A stretch of DNA of 64,000 bases from Patescibacteria group bacterium (GCA_018970245.1 JAGWWT010000004.1:785-64784), one strand, 5' to 3'. Positions 19,322 through 29,995 are shown, numbered from the stretch's first letter. Notes: generated by a model not told the origin, from the letters alone. Numbers and translations are program-made.

Positions 19322-19866
19322 CGATCGAGTGCGTCATGATCGTCTTGTGCTAACAAATCGATCGCCGCTTTCGTCTTGACCACATGATAAAATGCGTCTG
19401 CAAAATCCGTCATTGGCGTTATCGTCGGCACGATAGTCGTCGGTAATCGCCAATACAGAATATTCGTGAAGCCAGAGCCATAATAATGTCCGGCTTGCAC
19501 GAATACATAATTCTGATACGTGTACTGGCTCCTCATACCGTATTCCATCGATTTCGCGGGCACATACTGTGTGCGACCCTCACCATCGACAAAATATCCG
19601 CATTCCAAGAACCAGAAGTCCGATTGCACGGCGGACCCCGGAAATCCCGCAGTCGCCGCATTATCGGCCTTGAGCAGCCGCGATACCGTAATATCGGCCC
19701 GCGGCTCTCGCTGAATAAGTGCCAAAGCGACTTCCTGTTGCGCAATATTCAGCGCCCTAAGAAGCACGTCGTCTTCGTAGAACGTGGCCGTCGTCGCCAT
19801 ACCCCGCGAGGTATCGCGAAGTAAGACGCGAAGAAGGTTCAGAATATCGCTGCCAGACATCACCAC
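19270..19866 (-). CDS. Hypothetical structural protein (198 aa), head-tail adaptor candidate
   Basis: ORF just downstream of the capsid genes. Confidence 0.45.
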   Translation of the reverse strand: MVMSGSDILNLLRVLLRDTSRGMATTATFYEDDVLLRALNIAQQEVALALIQREPRADITVSRLLKADNAATAGFPGSAVQSDFWFLECGYFVDGEGRTQYVPAKSMEYGMRSQYTYQNYVFVQAGHYYGSGFTNILYWRLPTTIVPTITPMTDFADAFYHVVKTKAAIDLLAQDDHDALDRWNALNSDFEKAIATLK

Positions 19867-20522
19867 GCAGCGTTTTCTATCTCACCGCTCGCGAGCATCT
19901 GGTTAACGAGATCGTCACCTTCGACATTCGCCGCTTTTGCCTTTCCGGATTGCGGAATAGGGCGCTCGCGACCCGGTGCGCCATCGAAGCGCCCGGAATT
20001 CTTCGACATCGTGGTTTCCGAGCGATGGATCGCCTCGCGGTCCGCCACGCGCCCAGCCATGATCTCCTCGGCTTCATCCGAAGACTCGATCGGTTCCAGG
20101 TCATCAATATCGAACATGCGAAACATCGCCTCCCGATGTGGGTAGCAGCATTTCGACATATACAACGCTCGGTTCACATCCTCGATTGCGTAGTTATTAT
20201 CGTTTGCGAAATCATCCGTGCGACCCGGAAAATTGAATTCCACAACGACCTCGTTCATGATCATCTTGTTGTCCGCGCTAAGGCCCGGAACACGAAGCGT
20301 GATGAGATGCGAGTTCGTCTTTTTCCGCTGGTTAAGATCGACCATCGGCTTACCTTTCGGACTCGTGAACACCTCCTTATTATCCTCGATGATCGCCATA
20401 ACGAAATACGGCTTCGAGAAATCGATCGGGTCTTCCTTTACTCGCGCACTGCTGCGCATTTTCGCCTGATCTTCCGAAGAGAACTTCGGCGCGACCTTCG
20501 GCTTCATTTTACCTTTAGCCAT
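19860..20522 (-). CDS. Hypothetical protein (220 aa) downstream of major capsid gene
   Basis: ORF. Lys-rich N-terminus. Confidence 0.45.
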   Translation of the reverse strand: MAKGKMKPKVAPKFSSEDQAKMRSSARVKEDPIDFSKPYFVMAIIEDNKEVFTSPKGKPMVDLNQRKKTNSHLITLRVPGLSADNKMIMNEVVVEFNFPGRTDDFANDNNYAIEDVNRALYMSKCCYPHREAMFRMFDIDDLEPIESSDEAEEIMAGRVADREAIHRSETTMSKNSGRFDGAPGRERPIPQSGKAKAANVEGDDLVNQMLASGEIENAAW

Positions 20523-20580
20523 GATTCAATAAAAATGTTTGGATGCCGGCCACCATAACCGGCATCCAAACGAGTTACGG

Positions 20581-21804
20581 TTATGACGGCTGCTTCAGCA
20601 CGGCACCCGATGTTTCCATCTGGTACTGAAGTCCCGTCTGGGATTTCATACCAATGGACATCGTTTGCACGCGCGGAAGCGTGGTGTTCTCGACTCGCAT
20701 AAAGTCGGGAATCGGGCCACTGCGCATGAACATCTGGTTCGGGTCCACGGCTACGATACCCTTGATGTATGGAGAAACCTCGTAGAATTCGGGTTCCTGC
20801 ATAATCAGGATACGATAGTTACCCATGAACAGGAATTCGTAGATGTTCAAACCATAGAGTTGGTTGCCCATCGTCGTCAGCCTGATCTGGGTGGAGATGT
20901 CCTGCGTGAAGTCATTCAGCGCATCCGGACCCCAGAGGGTCATTTTGGTCGCGCTGCCGGAGTATTTCTTCGGCCACACGGCAGTACGAAGCCACTGGCG
21001 CACAACCGCCGCCGTGCATTTACCGGAGTAACTTTGCACATTGGTCTGAATTGTGTTGAGTAGTCCGCGTGTACCGCGAAGCGTTCCGGTGCGAGCCGCC
21101 GCAAGCGTATTCGTCTGCGAGAAGTTCGTCTCGATGTAATACTTCGAGAAGAGCAGATTACGCTCCATATCCTTGCGGAACTGAGTAATCGCGGCTTCCT
21201 TATCGGTAAACCACTTGTTGCCCCAGTAATTAGGAGAGTGATACTCTTCGTCCGTGATCTCGATCGAGGCCGCTTGCTTCGTCACAGTATTTTGCAACTG
21301 CGTCGGCTTCGTGCCTTTGGAATCCGGGAATGAACCGTTTTCCATCATATTGTTGCCGCAGTTAACCAGCGTAACCGGTCCCGCAACAGCCACAATATTC
21401 GATCCCGAAGGCAGGAGTTTAAGCGTGACGTGCGACGAACCCGCCGTATTCCGGTCGATGATGACGGTCGTGATGAAAAACTGGTTCGAAATCGGCTCAC
21501 AGAACGTGTCGCCCTCGATGACTGTGGGAGATGTGATCTCCACGTCCTCGGTTGCGGCTCCGCCTGTAAATCCGGCAGTAATGGTTAGGGTGCCGGTATC
21601 ATACTGGTTCTCGAACCATTCGAAAATCGCGTTCGAAGTCGGACGCAATCTTCCCTTCGTCATCGAGAGCCAGGTCATTAAAGGGCTGGAAACGCGGTCG
21701 TACACGACCACATCTCGCTGCACCTCACGAATATAGTCCACCGTACCGACGGTAAATGTGCCGGATACGCCTACATTCGGAACGGCTACTGGATTAGATG
21801 CCAT
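20581..21804 (-). CDS. Major capsid protein candidate
   Basis: 407-aa ORF immediately after the scaffold-like gene, with a GAGGU Shine-Dalgarno 7 nt upstream. The call rests on size and position. Confidence 0.55.
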   Translation of the reverse strand: MASNPVAVPNVGVSGTFTVGTVDYIREVQRDVVVYDRVSSPLMTWLSMTKGRLRPTSNAIFEWFENQYDTGTLTITAGFTGGAATEDVEITSPTVIEGDTFCEPISNQFFITTVIIDRNTAGSSHVTLKLLPSGSNIVAVAGPVTLVNCGNNMMENGSFPDSKGTKPTQLQNTVTKQAASIEITDEEYHSPNYWGNKWFTDKEAAITQFRKDMERNLLFSKYYIETNFSQTNTLAAARTGTLRGTRGLLNTIQTNVQSYSGKCTAAVVRQWLRTAVWPKKYSGSATKMTLWGPDALNDFTQDISTQIRLTTMGNQLYGLNIYEFLFMGNYRILIMQEPEFYEVSPYIKGIVAVDPNQMFMRSGPIPDFMRVENTTLPRVQTMSIGMKSQTGLQYQMETSGAVLKQPS

Positions 21805-21823
21805 TGTAAGTACCTCTTAAAAG

Positions 21824-23071
21824 TTAGCCGTGAAGCATATTGAGCGCATCTTCCACGTTCTGGCGCGCGGAGTCACCCGCATACGTCAGGCTTTCGGGCA
21901 CCTGCCCGTCATTCGTGGGAAGCGCGGCAATAGTCTTCACTGATTGTTCGATTGGCGGTTTAAGAAGCTGCGGCTGCGGGGATGCTGGTTTTTTCGCGAG
22001 TGCGCCTTTGATGTCGGCACGCAGTACGATATTTTCCATATCCGCTTCCGATAGCGCATTCGTCTCCATCCAGTCCCGATCGTTGACCATATACCCATTC
22101 GGCAGCCCCTTGCGAGGCAATACCGCCGATGCTTCCAGCGCCTTGGCTACCGCATCTTTCTCCTCCGGAGAAAGCGCAGATACGTCGATCTTGAGCAAGT
22201 CAAGGATGACGCTGGGGGCGCTATTGAGCACCGTGCGGTTCGATTCGAAAAAGCTTTGACGGACTTCTTTGTCCGTCGCATCTTCCGGCGATTCGACCTT
22301 CGCAGCAGGTGTAATGAGTTTTTTGATCTCCGATACAGTGGCCTCCCGCTCTTCTCTCGCGCGCTTTGCGATACGGGCCTCCGCGTTACCAGAGTACCAT
22401 TTATCGTATTCGACTGTGCCTGGCTCGATGCCAAGCTGTTCAAATGGCGTGAGATAATATTCCTCGGTGCCCTCTTTAGGCGGACCGTCCTGCTTCGGTG
22501 GTGCCACGGATATCCCGCTGGCCGCCATTGCTGCTTGTAATGCAGCCTCGCGAGTTGATCCTGCCTTGATTGCGGTCGTATAAACCAGCGTAAAGGGGTC
22601 GCTTTCGACGGCTTTTAGATATTCGAGGTTTTGTTCCACCTGCCCCGACTTCTCAGCGAGTTCCCGTTCCTTCTTTTGAAGTTCGGTTACCCTTTGATCG
22701 TACTTGGGCTTCAGCATGACGCTGCCTTCTAAGGCGGCGACCGTGGTGCGGGTGCCATCCTTCAGGATGACGACTTGCGCGGGATCGTAAGCTGGTACAT
22801 CCTCGGGCTTTTCTTCCTTCGGAGCCTCTGGCTTCTCTTCCGCTTTTTGTTCTGGCGTTACTTCGGCAATCGGTGAGGCCGGTGTTTGCACCTGGGTTGT
22901 CTCCTTCATCTCCGATGTTACGCTTTCGGGAGCAGCCGGGGCTTCGGGTGTCAATGCGCCCTCTTTTGTAATACCCGCAGCAAGGTCGCCCTCGGCACCC
23001 AGAGTCCCCGTGAGGAGAGAAAGGGCGTCGTTAGCGTTCCTATATTCGCTCTCTATTGTTATGTCTGGCAT
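21824..23071 (-). CDS. Scaffolding protein candidate
   Basis: 415 aa, highly Ala/Glu/Lys/Pro-rich and predicted helical, between the portal and capsid genes. Confidence 0.5.
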   Translation of the reverse strand: MPDITIESEYRNANDALSLLTGTLGAEGDLAAGITKEGALTPEAPAAPESVTSEMKETTQVQTPASPIAEVTPEQKAEEKPEAPKEEKPEDVPAYDPAQVVILKDGTRTTVAALEGSVMLKPKYDQRVTELQKKERELAEKSGQVEQNLEYLKAVESDPFTLVYTTAIKAGSTREAALQAAMAASGISVAPPKQDGPPKEGTEEYYLTPFEQLGIEPGTVEYDKWYSGNAEARIAKRAREEREATVSEIKKLITPAAKVESPEDATDKEVRQSFFESNRTVLNSAPSVILDLLKIDVSALSPEEKDAVAKALEASAVLPRKGLPNGYMVNDRDWMETNALSEADMENIVLRADIKGALAKKPASPQPQLLKPPIEQSVKTIAALPTNDGQVPESLTYAGDSARQNVEDALNMLHG

Positions 23072-23348
23072 AAAATATATTCCGTTTTGTAGTTATTTGC
23101 GCATCCGGTTTGTCTTTGTATATCGCACTCCCGTCGGAGCGCGTACACCAAGGCCATAAGCGTCTGGACCTGCAAAGGGAGGTGTCCTATGCTCTGCGCG
23201 GCAGCCACGCCACGCTTCATCGCCCTCATTTTGCCTATCCAAAGAGCCAGCCCCGGGAGTCGGACCCGGTGATCTCCTATGCCCCGACTGTATAAAAACA
23301 GCCGCCCCTGGAGCATATTCGACCAGCAAACCTGCAAATGGCTAAAAT

Positions 23349-25718
23349 CTATTTGTTCTCTCTTCCCTCCGCGTTCTTCGGTGTACCGACACCCTGCGAT
23401 TTCGCTTTGCCGGTATCTTTCTGCCACTGTGGGGTATTGGCGTTAAAATGCTGCTGGCGCGTATCGTCGATCTGCTGATCCATTCCCGCTTGCTTCGCAT
23501 AGTCCTCAGCCACCATTGCGGGGTGCGCGTCCGGATCGACTCCCGTAGCGGCCAGAATTTCTGCGGTAGCCGCAGGTGACGGTGGAATCTGATAGGTCGC
23601 CGTGAGCCGTGCGCCCTGCTGCGCTTGAATTTCAAGCTCGCGCGCTTTATTCTCCTGCTGCATAACCAAAACCTGTCGCTTGGTCTGCGAGTCGAGTTCC
23701 GCCTGCACCTGCTGGCGTTCGGCGAGATCGGCCTGCTGCTTTTGGATAGCCGCAATATTATCCGAAATCTCTTTCTTATCCGAGTATGGAAGCGGACTAT
23801 ACTTGAGGAGCAGTGGCTCAAAGGCTGCATTAAGTTCCGGACCCATCTGACCCATCGCGCCAATGACCACGCGCATTCGCTGCTCGCGCTCGGATGGACT
23901 CGCGAGTATCTCGGTGATCTCGCACCGGAACTTGAGGTCGCTTAATCGCTGAATACCGAACGAATCGAGTGAGCGATAGATAGTGTCGCCATCCTCGCCA
24001 CGCACCATCATGTTCGTCGTAGGATTGAGGTATTGTCCATAATACAGGCAGGACTCGCCTACAAGCTTAGACGTGGTGCGTAATGTCTCGAAGATCGATT
24101 GCGTCATGGTGCTCGCATAACTCTTGAGCGCCATCTGGCTTTGGGCCGACTGCTGAGAGTAGTCCGCCTGCCCCACGACGCTCGCCGAACCATATAACTG
24201 GTGCATCGTATCCTTCACCACGCCGAGCAGTGAGGTCACCATTTGCGCGTTCTGCTGTGGCACGAAAGACGACATAGCTTTACCCACGTCGAATTCGACC
24301 TGCGGATTATCGAAAATCCAGACACCCTGCCTGTACATCTTGTTAATCACGTCCTGATCGGCCTGCTGGCCGGAAAGATGGGCCTTGTTCACCCCAACCT
24401 GTGGCTTTGTACCGCCGGCGATCTCCTCCATGTACATGATAAGCCGGTTAATAAGCCGCTGGCGGTGCTTGCCGCGCTCTAAAAAACTTACCACCGAACC
24501 ATCGTAATAATCCGGCATGAAGGGGATATAGGGGAACCGGTCGATCTGCTGCGTGGTCACACGCAAAAGCTGCTCGCCTACGAAAATATACTGGTCGATC
24601 ACCGGGACCGTGCATGGCATCGGGTTCGAGACCAACGGCTGCGACGAGCCGATCATCTGAAGCGCGCCGGACTCCATCCACCACTTCCAGAGCATCATGG
24701 CTCCGTCCATCGCATCGCTCTGGTTATCGAAATAATAAGCATCTCCCGTATGTCCATCGAGCACCTGGAATTTATCGATATACCGGCGATGATAAAACTC
24801 GCGGACAAAAAGCAACCCGTTGAATATCGTATTCAGCATCGGGTCGAATGTCGTGGAATAAGGATGGGCGTCGGCCGTAAGGGGTCTGACCGACGGTTTA
24901 TTCATCACAAAAATATTATCCCAACCCTGACGCCCCGTAACCATACCAGCTAACGCCAGTATCTCCGGTGCCCATTCGGGGAACATCGCGGCGAGCCGCA
25001 CACGGTCAAGATAAAAACCTCGCCACAGGTACTTACAATCGGTCCAGAAATTGTCCGTACACGAGTGAATGTCCCACATGAACTCTCGCGATAACGGACG
25101 CTCGATCTTGATGCCGCCAAATGGATTCATCCAGTCGGGACGAACGCTGAATACACCGAGTCCGCGCACGAGGCCATCGCGAAAAATATCGCTTTCTCTG
25201 GCTTCATAACGATTGTCGCCGTTCTGCCTGCACCAGCGCAAGAAATGGGTCGCGCCTTCAGCATACTGCTCCGAAATCGGGTTGCGGCCCACCGCCTCCC
25301 AGTCGGTGCGGGTCTGCAACTGCTCACCGCGCAACTGATCGACAAAGGGGGTGATGATATTGAACTCGTAGGGTTTTTGCCCTTGGTTGATGAAGTGGCG
25401 GCGGTCGTTGTTCGTCCACTGCTCCTCCATATAAAACTTGTGGTTTTCGTCGCCCAAGGCATGGAACTGGCTAAACCATTCGCGATGGAGAAGTTCGAAA
25501 TTCCAGATAAGCTCTCGCGACTCCTCGTTCATCGAGGTAGCGAGTGAGCGGGCGTCCTGCCGCATGGCAAGTATCTCATCGGGATACCGCCCAGACTCAC
25601 GGAGAAGGTTATCCGCAAAATTTGGATCCTTTTGCGCGGCGGCCAAGAGCGCGGCATTCGTTTTGTCATACGAATCCGCGTAAACTGTAGCGAGAGGAGT
25701 CGCACTCGGGGCTATCAT
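23349..25718 (-). CDS. Portal protein candidate
   Basis: 789-aa ORF downstream of the terminase genes and upstream of scaffold and capsid. The call rests on size and position. Confidence 0.55.
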   Translation of the reverse strand: MIAPSATPLATVYADSYDKTNAALLAAAQKDPNFADNLLRESGRYPDEILAMRQDARSLATSMNEESRELIWNFELLHREWFSQFHALGDENHKFYMEEQWTNNDRRHFINQGQKPYEFNIITPFVDQLRGEQLQTRTDWEAVGRNPISEQYAEGATHFLRWCRQNGDNRYEARESDIFRDGLVRGLGVFSVRPDWMNPFGGIKIERPLSREFMWDIHSCTDNFWTDCKYLWRGFYLDRVRLAAMFPEWAPEILALAGMVTGRQGWDNIFVMNKPSVRPLTADAHPYSTTFDPMLNTIFNGLLFVREFYHRRYIDKFQVLDGHTGDAYYFDNQSDAMDGAMMLWKWWMESGALQMIGSSQPLVSNPMPCTVPVIDQYIFVGEQLLRVTTQQIDRFPYIPFMPDYYDGSVVSFLERGKHRQRLINRLIMYMEEIAGGTKPQVGVNKAHLSGQQADQDVINKMYRQGVWIFDNPQVEFDVGKAMSSFVPQQNAQMVTSLLGVVKDTMHQLYGSASVVGQADYSQQSAQSQMALKSYASTMTQSIFETLRTTSKLVGESCLYYGQYLNPTTNMMVRGEDGDTIYRSLDSFGIQRLSDLKFRCEITEILASPSEREQRMRVVIGAMGQMGPELNAAFEPLLLKYSPLPYSDKKEISDNIAAIQKQQADLAERQQVQAELDSQTKRQVLVMQQENKARELEIQAQQGARLTATYQIPPSPAATAEILAATGVDPDAHPAMVAEDYAKQAGMDQQIDDTRQQHFNANTPQWQKDTGKAKSQGVGTPKNAEGRENK

Positions 25719-26719
25719 TTGCCACCTCCCATAATACCGCCGCCAAGCGTGTCATAAAGCGACTGGTAGGCTTGCGTTTGTTCGGGATACTGCGTGCCGC
25801 CATAGGTGTCAAGCCATGTTTTCGCTTGGTCACGTATCCTTCCCCAATTATCGGGAGACGACAACCCGGACTGATCCAGACCCAAATTGGATTGTATCTG
25901 AGCCAGCGCGTAAGCAGCCGACGATTTTGAACCATCCGCACCACTGATAACGCTGTTGATTACCGCTGGGTACAGCGAGCGCATTTTTGCGCGAGCCGTA
26001 TAGTACCCCTCGACCGCTTTGCCGTCCTCGTCCGGTGGCGGATACGCGGTAAGCGCCGAGAGAGCACTGTGAAACTGATCGACCGGACTTGCCTTCGTCT
26101 TTGTACTTAGGAATTTTGGCGAGGGCTGATACGTACCCGATGCCTTTTGTTGGTCGAGCGTGCCGGTAGAGCGAAGATTGGAGAGTGTTTGCTGCGCGAT
26201 AGGCACCTTGAATTGCGACGCCGTAGTCTCGTTCTCCATGCGCGTCTGATAATCCGATGATGGCTGGATTCCCTGACCTACGATATTGAACGCATCGGGA
26301 TCGCTATATCCAAGATCGGCCCCGGATGCTTCCTGCGCTGCAATATTAGCTCGATTGATCGCATCGGAAAACAATCCCTTTTGCGCAAGAGCCACACCCG
26401 ACGCACCATATTTATCCGGATTCGCGATTACATTCTTGAATACATCGTCCTGCGCGTCCAGCGCACCCGCGAGACCCTTGCCTTGCGCCAATCGAAGCGT
26501 TTGCTGGCGGGTGGCGTCTGCTGCCGCCGTTTTTTGCGCGAGAGAAGCATCGTTTCGCGCGGTCTCCGCATCCTCGGACTGCTGATTTTTCGCGAGCGCC
26601 GCACGCTCCGACGCCTGCTTGCCTAATTGCTCGGCAGTCGTCTGGTAGCCAGTATCGAATGCTTCAGAGGCGGCTTTCGATAAGGCAGAAGATGGTGCAG
26701 TGAGGCTTAAAAAACTCAT
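25715..26719 (-). CDS. Hypothetical virion protein (334 aa)
   Basis: Ala/Gln/Ser-rich ORF, ATGA-coupled to the portal. Its AUG is immediately preceded by a terminator-like hairpin plus U9. Confidence 0.45.
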   Translation of the reverse strand: MSFLSLTAPSSALSKAASEAFDTGYQTTAEQLGKQASERAALAKNQQSEDAETARNDASLAQKTAAADATRQQTLRLAQGKGLAGALDAQDDVFKNVIANPDKYGASGVALAQKGLFSDAINRANIAAQEASGADLGYSDPDAFNIVGQGIQPSSDYQTRMENETTASQFKVPIAQQTLSNLRSTGTLDQQKASGTYQPSPKFLSTKTKASPVDQFHSALSALTAYPPPDEDGKAVEGYYTARAKMRSLYPAVINSVISGADGSKSSAAYALAQIQSNLGLDQSGLSSPDNWGRIRDQAKTWLDTYGGTQYPEQTQAYQSLYDTLGGGIMGGGK

Positions 26720-26750
26720 AAAAAAAAAGAGGAGCGACGAGTGCTCCTCT
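26720..26750 (-). terminator. Intrinsic terminator structure (8-bp GC stem, 7-nt loop, U9) abutting a start codon
   Basis: The minus-strand RNA reads AGAGGAGC-ACUCGUC-GCUCCUCU-UUUUUUUUU followed by AUG of 25715..26719. Confidence 0.5.
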
Positions 26751-26822
26751 TGTGCGGAGATACCCGTCGCTCCCGTTTTGCCCCGTAAGGCTACGATCGC
26801 GTGATTAGAATTCTATGCTATA

Positions 26823-27047
26823 TTACGTGTTTTCGGGAGAAATCGTTTCTGGTATTTCTTCGATGGTAATTCGGAGCTTCTGTGCCCTTGCACCCGGATA
26901 ATGCTTTTGAGGCCACGCGGCATCGGCCCGAGAGCCGTCGCGAATCGTCGAAATCGGCATTCCAAGCGGACCAAATTCATTAGACTGAAGCCTCAAATAT
27001 CCGCCATCTTTCTTGAGGCCATAGCATTCGTAAGTTGTTATCTCCAT
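26823..27047 (-). CDS. Small hypothetical protein (74 aa)
   Basis: ORF between terminase-proximal genes. Confidence 0.3.
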   Translation of the reverse strand: MEITTYECYGLKKDGGYLRLQSNEFGPLGMPISTIRDGSRADAAWPQKHYPGARAQKLRITIEEIPETISPENT

Positions 27048-27535
27048 CGCTTCTTCTCCTCTTTTGTTAAATGCCAGGATTTTATCGCCTGACCGAAATC
27101 TACAATACCCGATTTTTTAAGCTCGCCGCCGGACTCCAAAAACGCATCGCGGATCGGTACGCCGTGCATTTTACCCGTACCCTCGATCTCGGCAAATGCC
27201 TGGTCGATAAGCGTTTTCGCCGCATCGCTATAATACTGCCAGAACTGGTCTTCCTGTGTAGTGGTCTGGAATCGAATAGCGAGACGGCTAAAATGAATAA
27301 TTTCCGCTCCGTTGTCCGGATACAGAATTTCTTTCCGCGAACCGACGACGCGCTCTTTTGCCGTGGCACCAAGCAATAGTTTCGCTGTCCGAAGCGGATA
27401 GCCGTGGCATTTTTGCGTGAGATCGACCAATTCCCATGTTTTTCGAGCATCCGCGATATTCGCGCTGATAACGCTTACTCGCGGACGGTCGGGCTGAGGA
27501 AACTCAGGTGACGTAAATACTATGACGTTAGCCAC
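27038..27535 (-). CDS. Hypothetical protein (165 aa)
   Basis: ORF MANVIVFTSPEFPQP... with no recognisable motif. Confidence 0.45.
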   Translation of the reverse strand: MANVIVFTSPEFPQPDRPRVSVISANIADARKTWELVDLTQKCHGYPLRTAKLLLGATAKERVVGSRKEILYPDNGAEIIHFSRLAIRFQTTTQEDQFWQYYSDAAKTLIDQAFAEIEGTGKMHGVPIRDAFLESGGELKKSGIVDFGQAIKSWHLTKEEKKRWR

Positions 27536-27746
27536 GTTTTTCTCGTTTTCGCGCTTGCTCTTTTGCCAGCCAAAGAATCCGGTGCTGGTCTAAGTCCATT
27601 TGAATTAATTGGTTGCGCCACGCGAGCGCAAGCTGACCCGATACGCGGGTCATCATCTCCTGCTCTTTGTAAATATGGGCGCCGACCGCATTCCAAACGC
27701 GCTCGAACTGCTCTTTTGTCATGCGGTGACCTTTCATTTTACTCAT
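27528..27746 (-). CDS. Small hypothetical protein (72 aa)
   Basis: C-terminal part of track ORF 27528..28058 from the internal Met MSKMKGHRMTKEQFERVW.... The remainder overlaps terL out of frame. Confidence 0.35.
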   Translation of the reverse strand: MSKMKGHRMTKEQFERVWNAVGAHIYKEQEMMTRVSGQLALAWRNQLIQMDLDQHRILWLAKEQARKREKRG

Positions 27747-27940
27747 CGTTTTTTCACCACCTCTCCGGGATAATGCTGCTTGTTGTGATACAAAGAAATA
27801 TTCTCTTCGGCGAGTAAAAACTGGTACTCTTTTTTCTTGCCTGATCGAGTAGTAAGCACGGCTTTTATCACGCGCTTGCCCTCGAAGGCTACGGGTCCGT
27901 TGGCTAATTCCGGTATTTCGAACGTGGGCCTTACACCCAT
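27743..27940 (-). CDS. Small hypothetical protein (65 aa)
   Basis: ORF between the terL stop and the next gene, ATGA-coupled downstream. Confidence 0.3.
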   Translation of the reverse strand: MGVRPTFEIPELANGPVAFEGKRVIKAVLTTRSGKKKEYQFLLAEENISLYHNKQHYPGEVVKKR

Positions 27941-29613
27941 ATTGATGGGTGCTCCGAAGGATAGTTGCCGTAGTCCACCTTGCCCATTCCTCCGTCAATT
28001 CGACGGGCACCGAGCAGCGGCGGACCTTCATCGCTATAGTCTTCTCCAGAGCCAGCACCGAATTCTCCTTTTCGGCACGCCATTATGTTGTATCTCAGCG
28101 CATCCGCCTCGTCGTCGCCTTCGCCGGGGCCATACACGCCTACTGTTTTTTCTACGTCATCCGGATCGTTCGCTCGGTGCTCCAGCACGGTAAGCGATGA
28201 CCAGAGTTCGGTTAACGTAGAAAATATCCGAATTCCAGGGAGCGATAGCGGTACGCGGGTTGTGCGACCGGTTTTATCTTTTTGCTCCTCAAAATCGTAG
28301 TGAAAGCCATCTCTCATGGCTCCCCATCCGGCTTTTCGCGAGTTATTCGCAGGAATGAACCGGAATCCTCTGAATATCTGATTACCGGCCTCATCAAGGG
28401 TCGGCGAGTTCCATATCTCGATCGCCGACTTCCGGCCCGATATGGTGCCTGTATTCTTGAATAGGTCGGGATCGGCTACCTGTATCGCGAACGGATACAT
28501 CTTGCCTTTATTTTTCCCATCCTTAAAAACAAACTGCTGGCGCATCTGTTCCTTCATCTGCTCCGATGTCAGCCCTTTTACACTAATTCCATCGATCACG
28601 TAAGTCGTACCTTCGAAATCGGTCGCGGTAACAAGTGCGCAGGCTGTATGTCCAAAACCAAAATCGAGTGAGAGCGTATAGCTCCACTCGTAAGGAGTGA
28701 CGAAAGGACGAATGGAATGCACTCGTTCATCCAAGTCAAAAAACTGGCCTTCGAATACATCCCACAATCCGAAATAAAAGGCGTCCCGCACCTTAGGTGG
28801 CTTGTCCAGAAGCTCCGAAAGGTAGGCTTTTGAGTTGGTGGGATTGTCGACGGGAAGCGATTGGATGAAGAAATGTCCTTTTCGCATGATGCCCGTCACC
28901 TCATCCCACTCTTCCCGGTCGCGAGTTTCCGGATTTACGAACCGCGTTTTGTGCCACGCGAGACCCATGCCTACCGGATTCGTCGCCAAAAGGATCGGAC
29001 AGTGCTCAACCGGCACGCCGTCGGTCGTCCAGCGCATACATGTGCCGATATGATTGAAGAACGCCTCCTCCTGGTTCGTCGATTCATCGATACCGATGAT
29101 CGCATATTGCGTGGATTTTTCTACGTCTTCGAAATCGATCGTATTCCGGAACTCGACCGTCCAGCCGCCGTATTCCGGATGGGCGCGAAAGACCATGTGC
29201 TGCTGGTTAAATTCACCCATCCACGCGGGGAAATGCCTGCCCTTCATGATGTCGGTCCCGAAGCGGTCCCAGCAAGCCTTGAACGTCTCACAGAAGATAG
29301 CTCCGTTGGCTCCGGGATGACCGCTCTTGGCCAGGATCATGAGATAGATGCAGATGAGCCGGAGCATGGTTCTCGACTTCCCCCCCGCCTTAGCACCGCC
29401 GAACAGGGTTGCCCGGTATTCGAACATCGCCTCGAAGAATTCAAGCTGCTTGGGAAAGATCACCCGATCGCCCTTGTGGAATATCGCGGGTGTACCATCG
29501 GAGAATTTGAGTTCGAGCGGCTTGTCCTCTCGCCATATCATGGGCCAGAGCCAGTCGAGCAGGTCATACTCTTCGAGGATCTCAGTCGGTCGTAGTTTCG
29601 GCTTTCCGGCCAT
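27931..29613 (-). CDS. terL: Terminase large subunit
   Basis: Walker A LFGGAKAGGKSRTM and Walker B-like IIGIDEST. 560 aa, with a small-terminase-like gene just upstream. Confidence 0.85.
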   Translation of the reverse strand: MAGKPKLRPTEILEEYDLLDWLWPMIWREDKPLELKFSDGTPAIFHKGDRVIFPKQLEFFEAMFEYRATLFGGAKAGGKSRTMLRLICIYLMILAKSGHPGANGAIFCETFKACWDRFGTDIMKGRHFPAWMGEFNQQHMVFRAHPEYGGWTVEFRNTIDFEDVEKSTQYAIIGIDESTNQEEAFFNHIGTCMRWTTDGVPVEHCPILLATNPVGMGLAWHKTRFVNPETRDREEWDEVTGIMRKGHFFIQSLPVDNPTNSKAYLSELLDKPPKVRDAFYFGLWDVFEGQFFDLDERVHSIRPFVTPYEWSYTLSLDFGFGHTACALVTATDFEGTTYVIDGISVKGLTSEQMKEQMRQQFVFKDGKNKGKMYPFAIQVADPDLFKNTGTISGRKSAIEIWNSPTLDEAGNQIFRGFRFIPANNSRKAGWGAMRDGFHYDFEEQKDKTGRTTRVPLSLPGIRIFSTLTELWSSLTVLEHRANDPDDVEKTVGVYGPGEGDDEADALRYNIMACRKGEFGAGSGEDYSDEGPPLLGARRIDGGMGKVDYGNYPSEHPSIWV

Positions 29614-29995
29614 GCTTTGCTTTTAGTTGTTCGACCGTGGGAATCGTGTCGCCGAACTTGATTTTGGGTTTGCCATCCGACACTGGCGGCTCCTGAGTGG
29701 GTGCTTTGCCGAATCCGAACTCAAGGGCTATTTTGGCCGCCGCCATGCGCTCCGTGGGCTTTGCATCTTCGTCCTCGATCAAGTCAAGAACAGTGTCGCA
29801 TATCGTTTCCCACTCCTCGCGGAACCGCTTGCCCATAAGCCGGCGAACGGCTTCAGGCTTGAGGCGCTTACCTTTTTTGCGAACGCGGGGTTCTTTTATG
29901 GGCGCAGGCTTTGGTGGGGTGCCATCATTTAGCATCCCTTGCTCCTTGAGTAAGGCTTGCGCCTCCTCAAATGGCATTCCGGCCCACGTACCCAC
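29582..29995 (-). CDS. Terminase small subunit candidate
   Basis: 137-aa basic/helical ORF overlapping the terL start. Confidence 0.4.
   Translation of the reverse strand: MGTWAGMPFEEAQALLKEQGMLNDGTPPKPAPIKEPRVRKKGKRLKPEAVRRLMGKRFREEWETICDTVLDLIEDEDAKPTERMAAAKIALEFGFGKAPTQEPPVSDGKPKIKFGDTIPTVEQLKAKHGRKAETTTD

Noticed and set aside
28861-29595. Plus-strand 244-aa ORF antisense to terL
   Set aside because: Embedded in the terminase gene, whose Walker motifs confirm the minus-strand frame.
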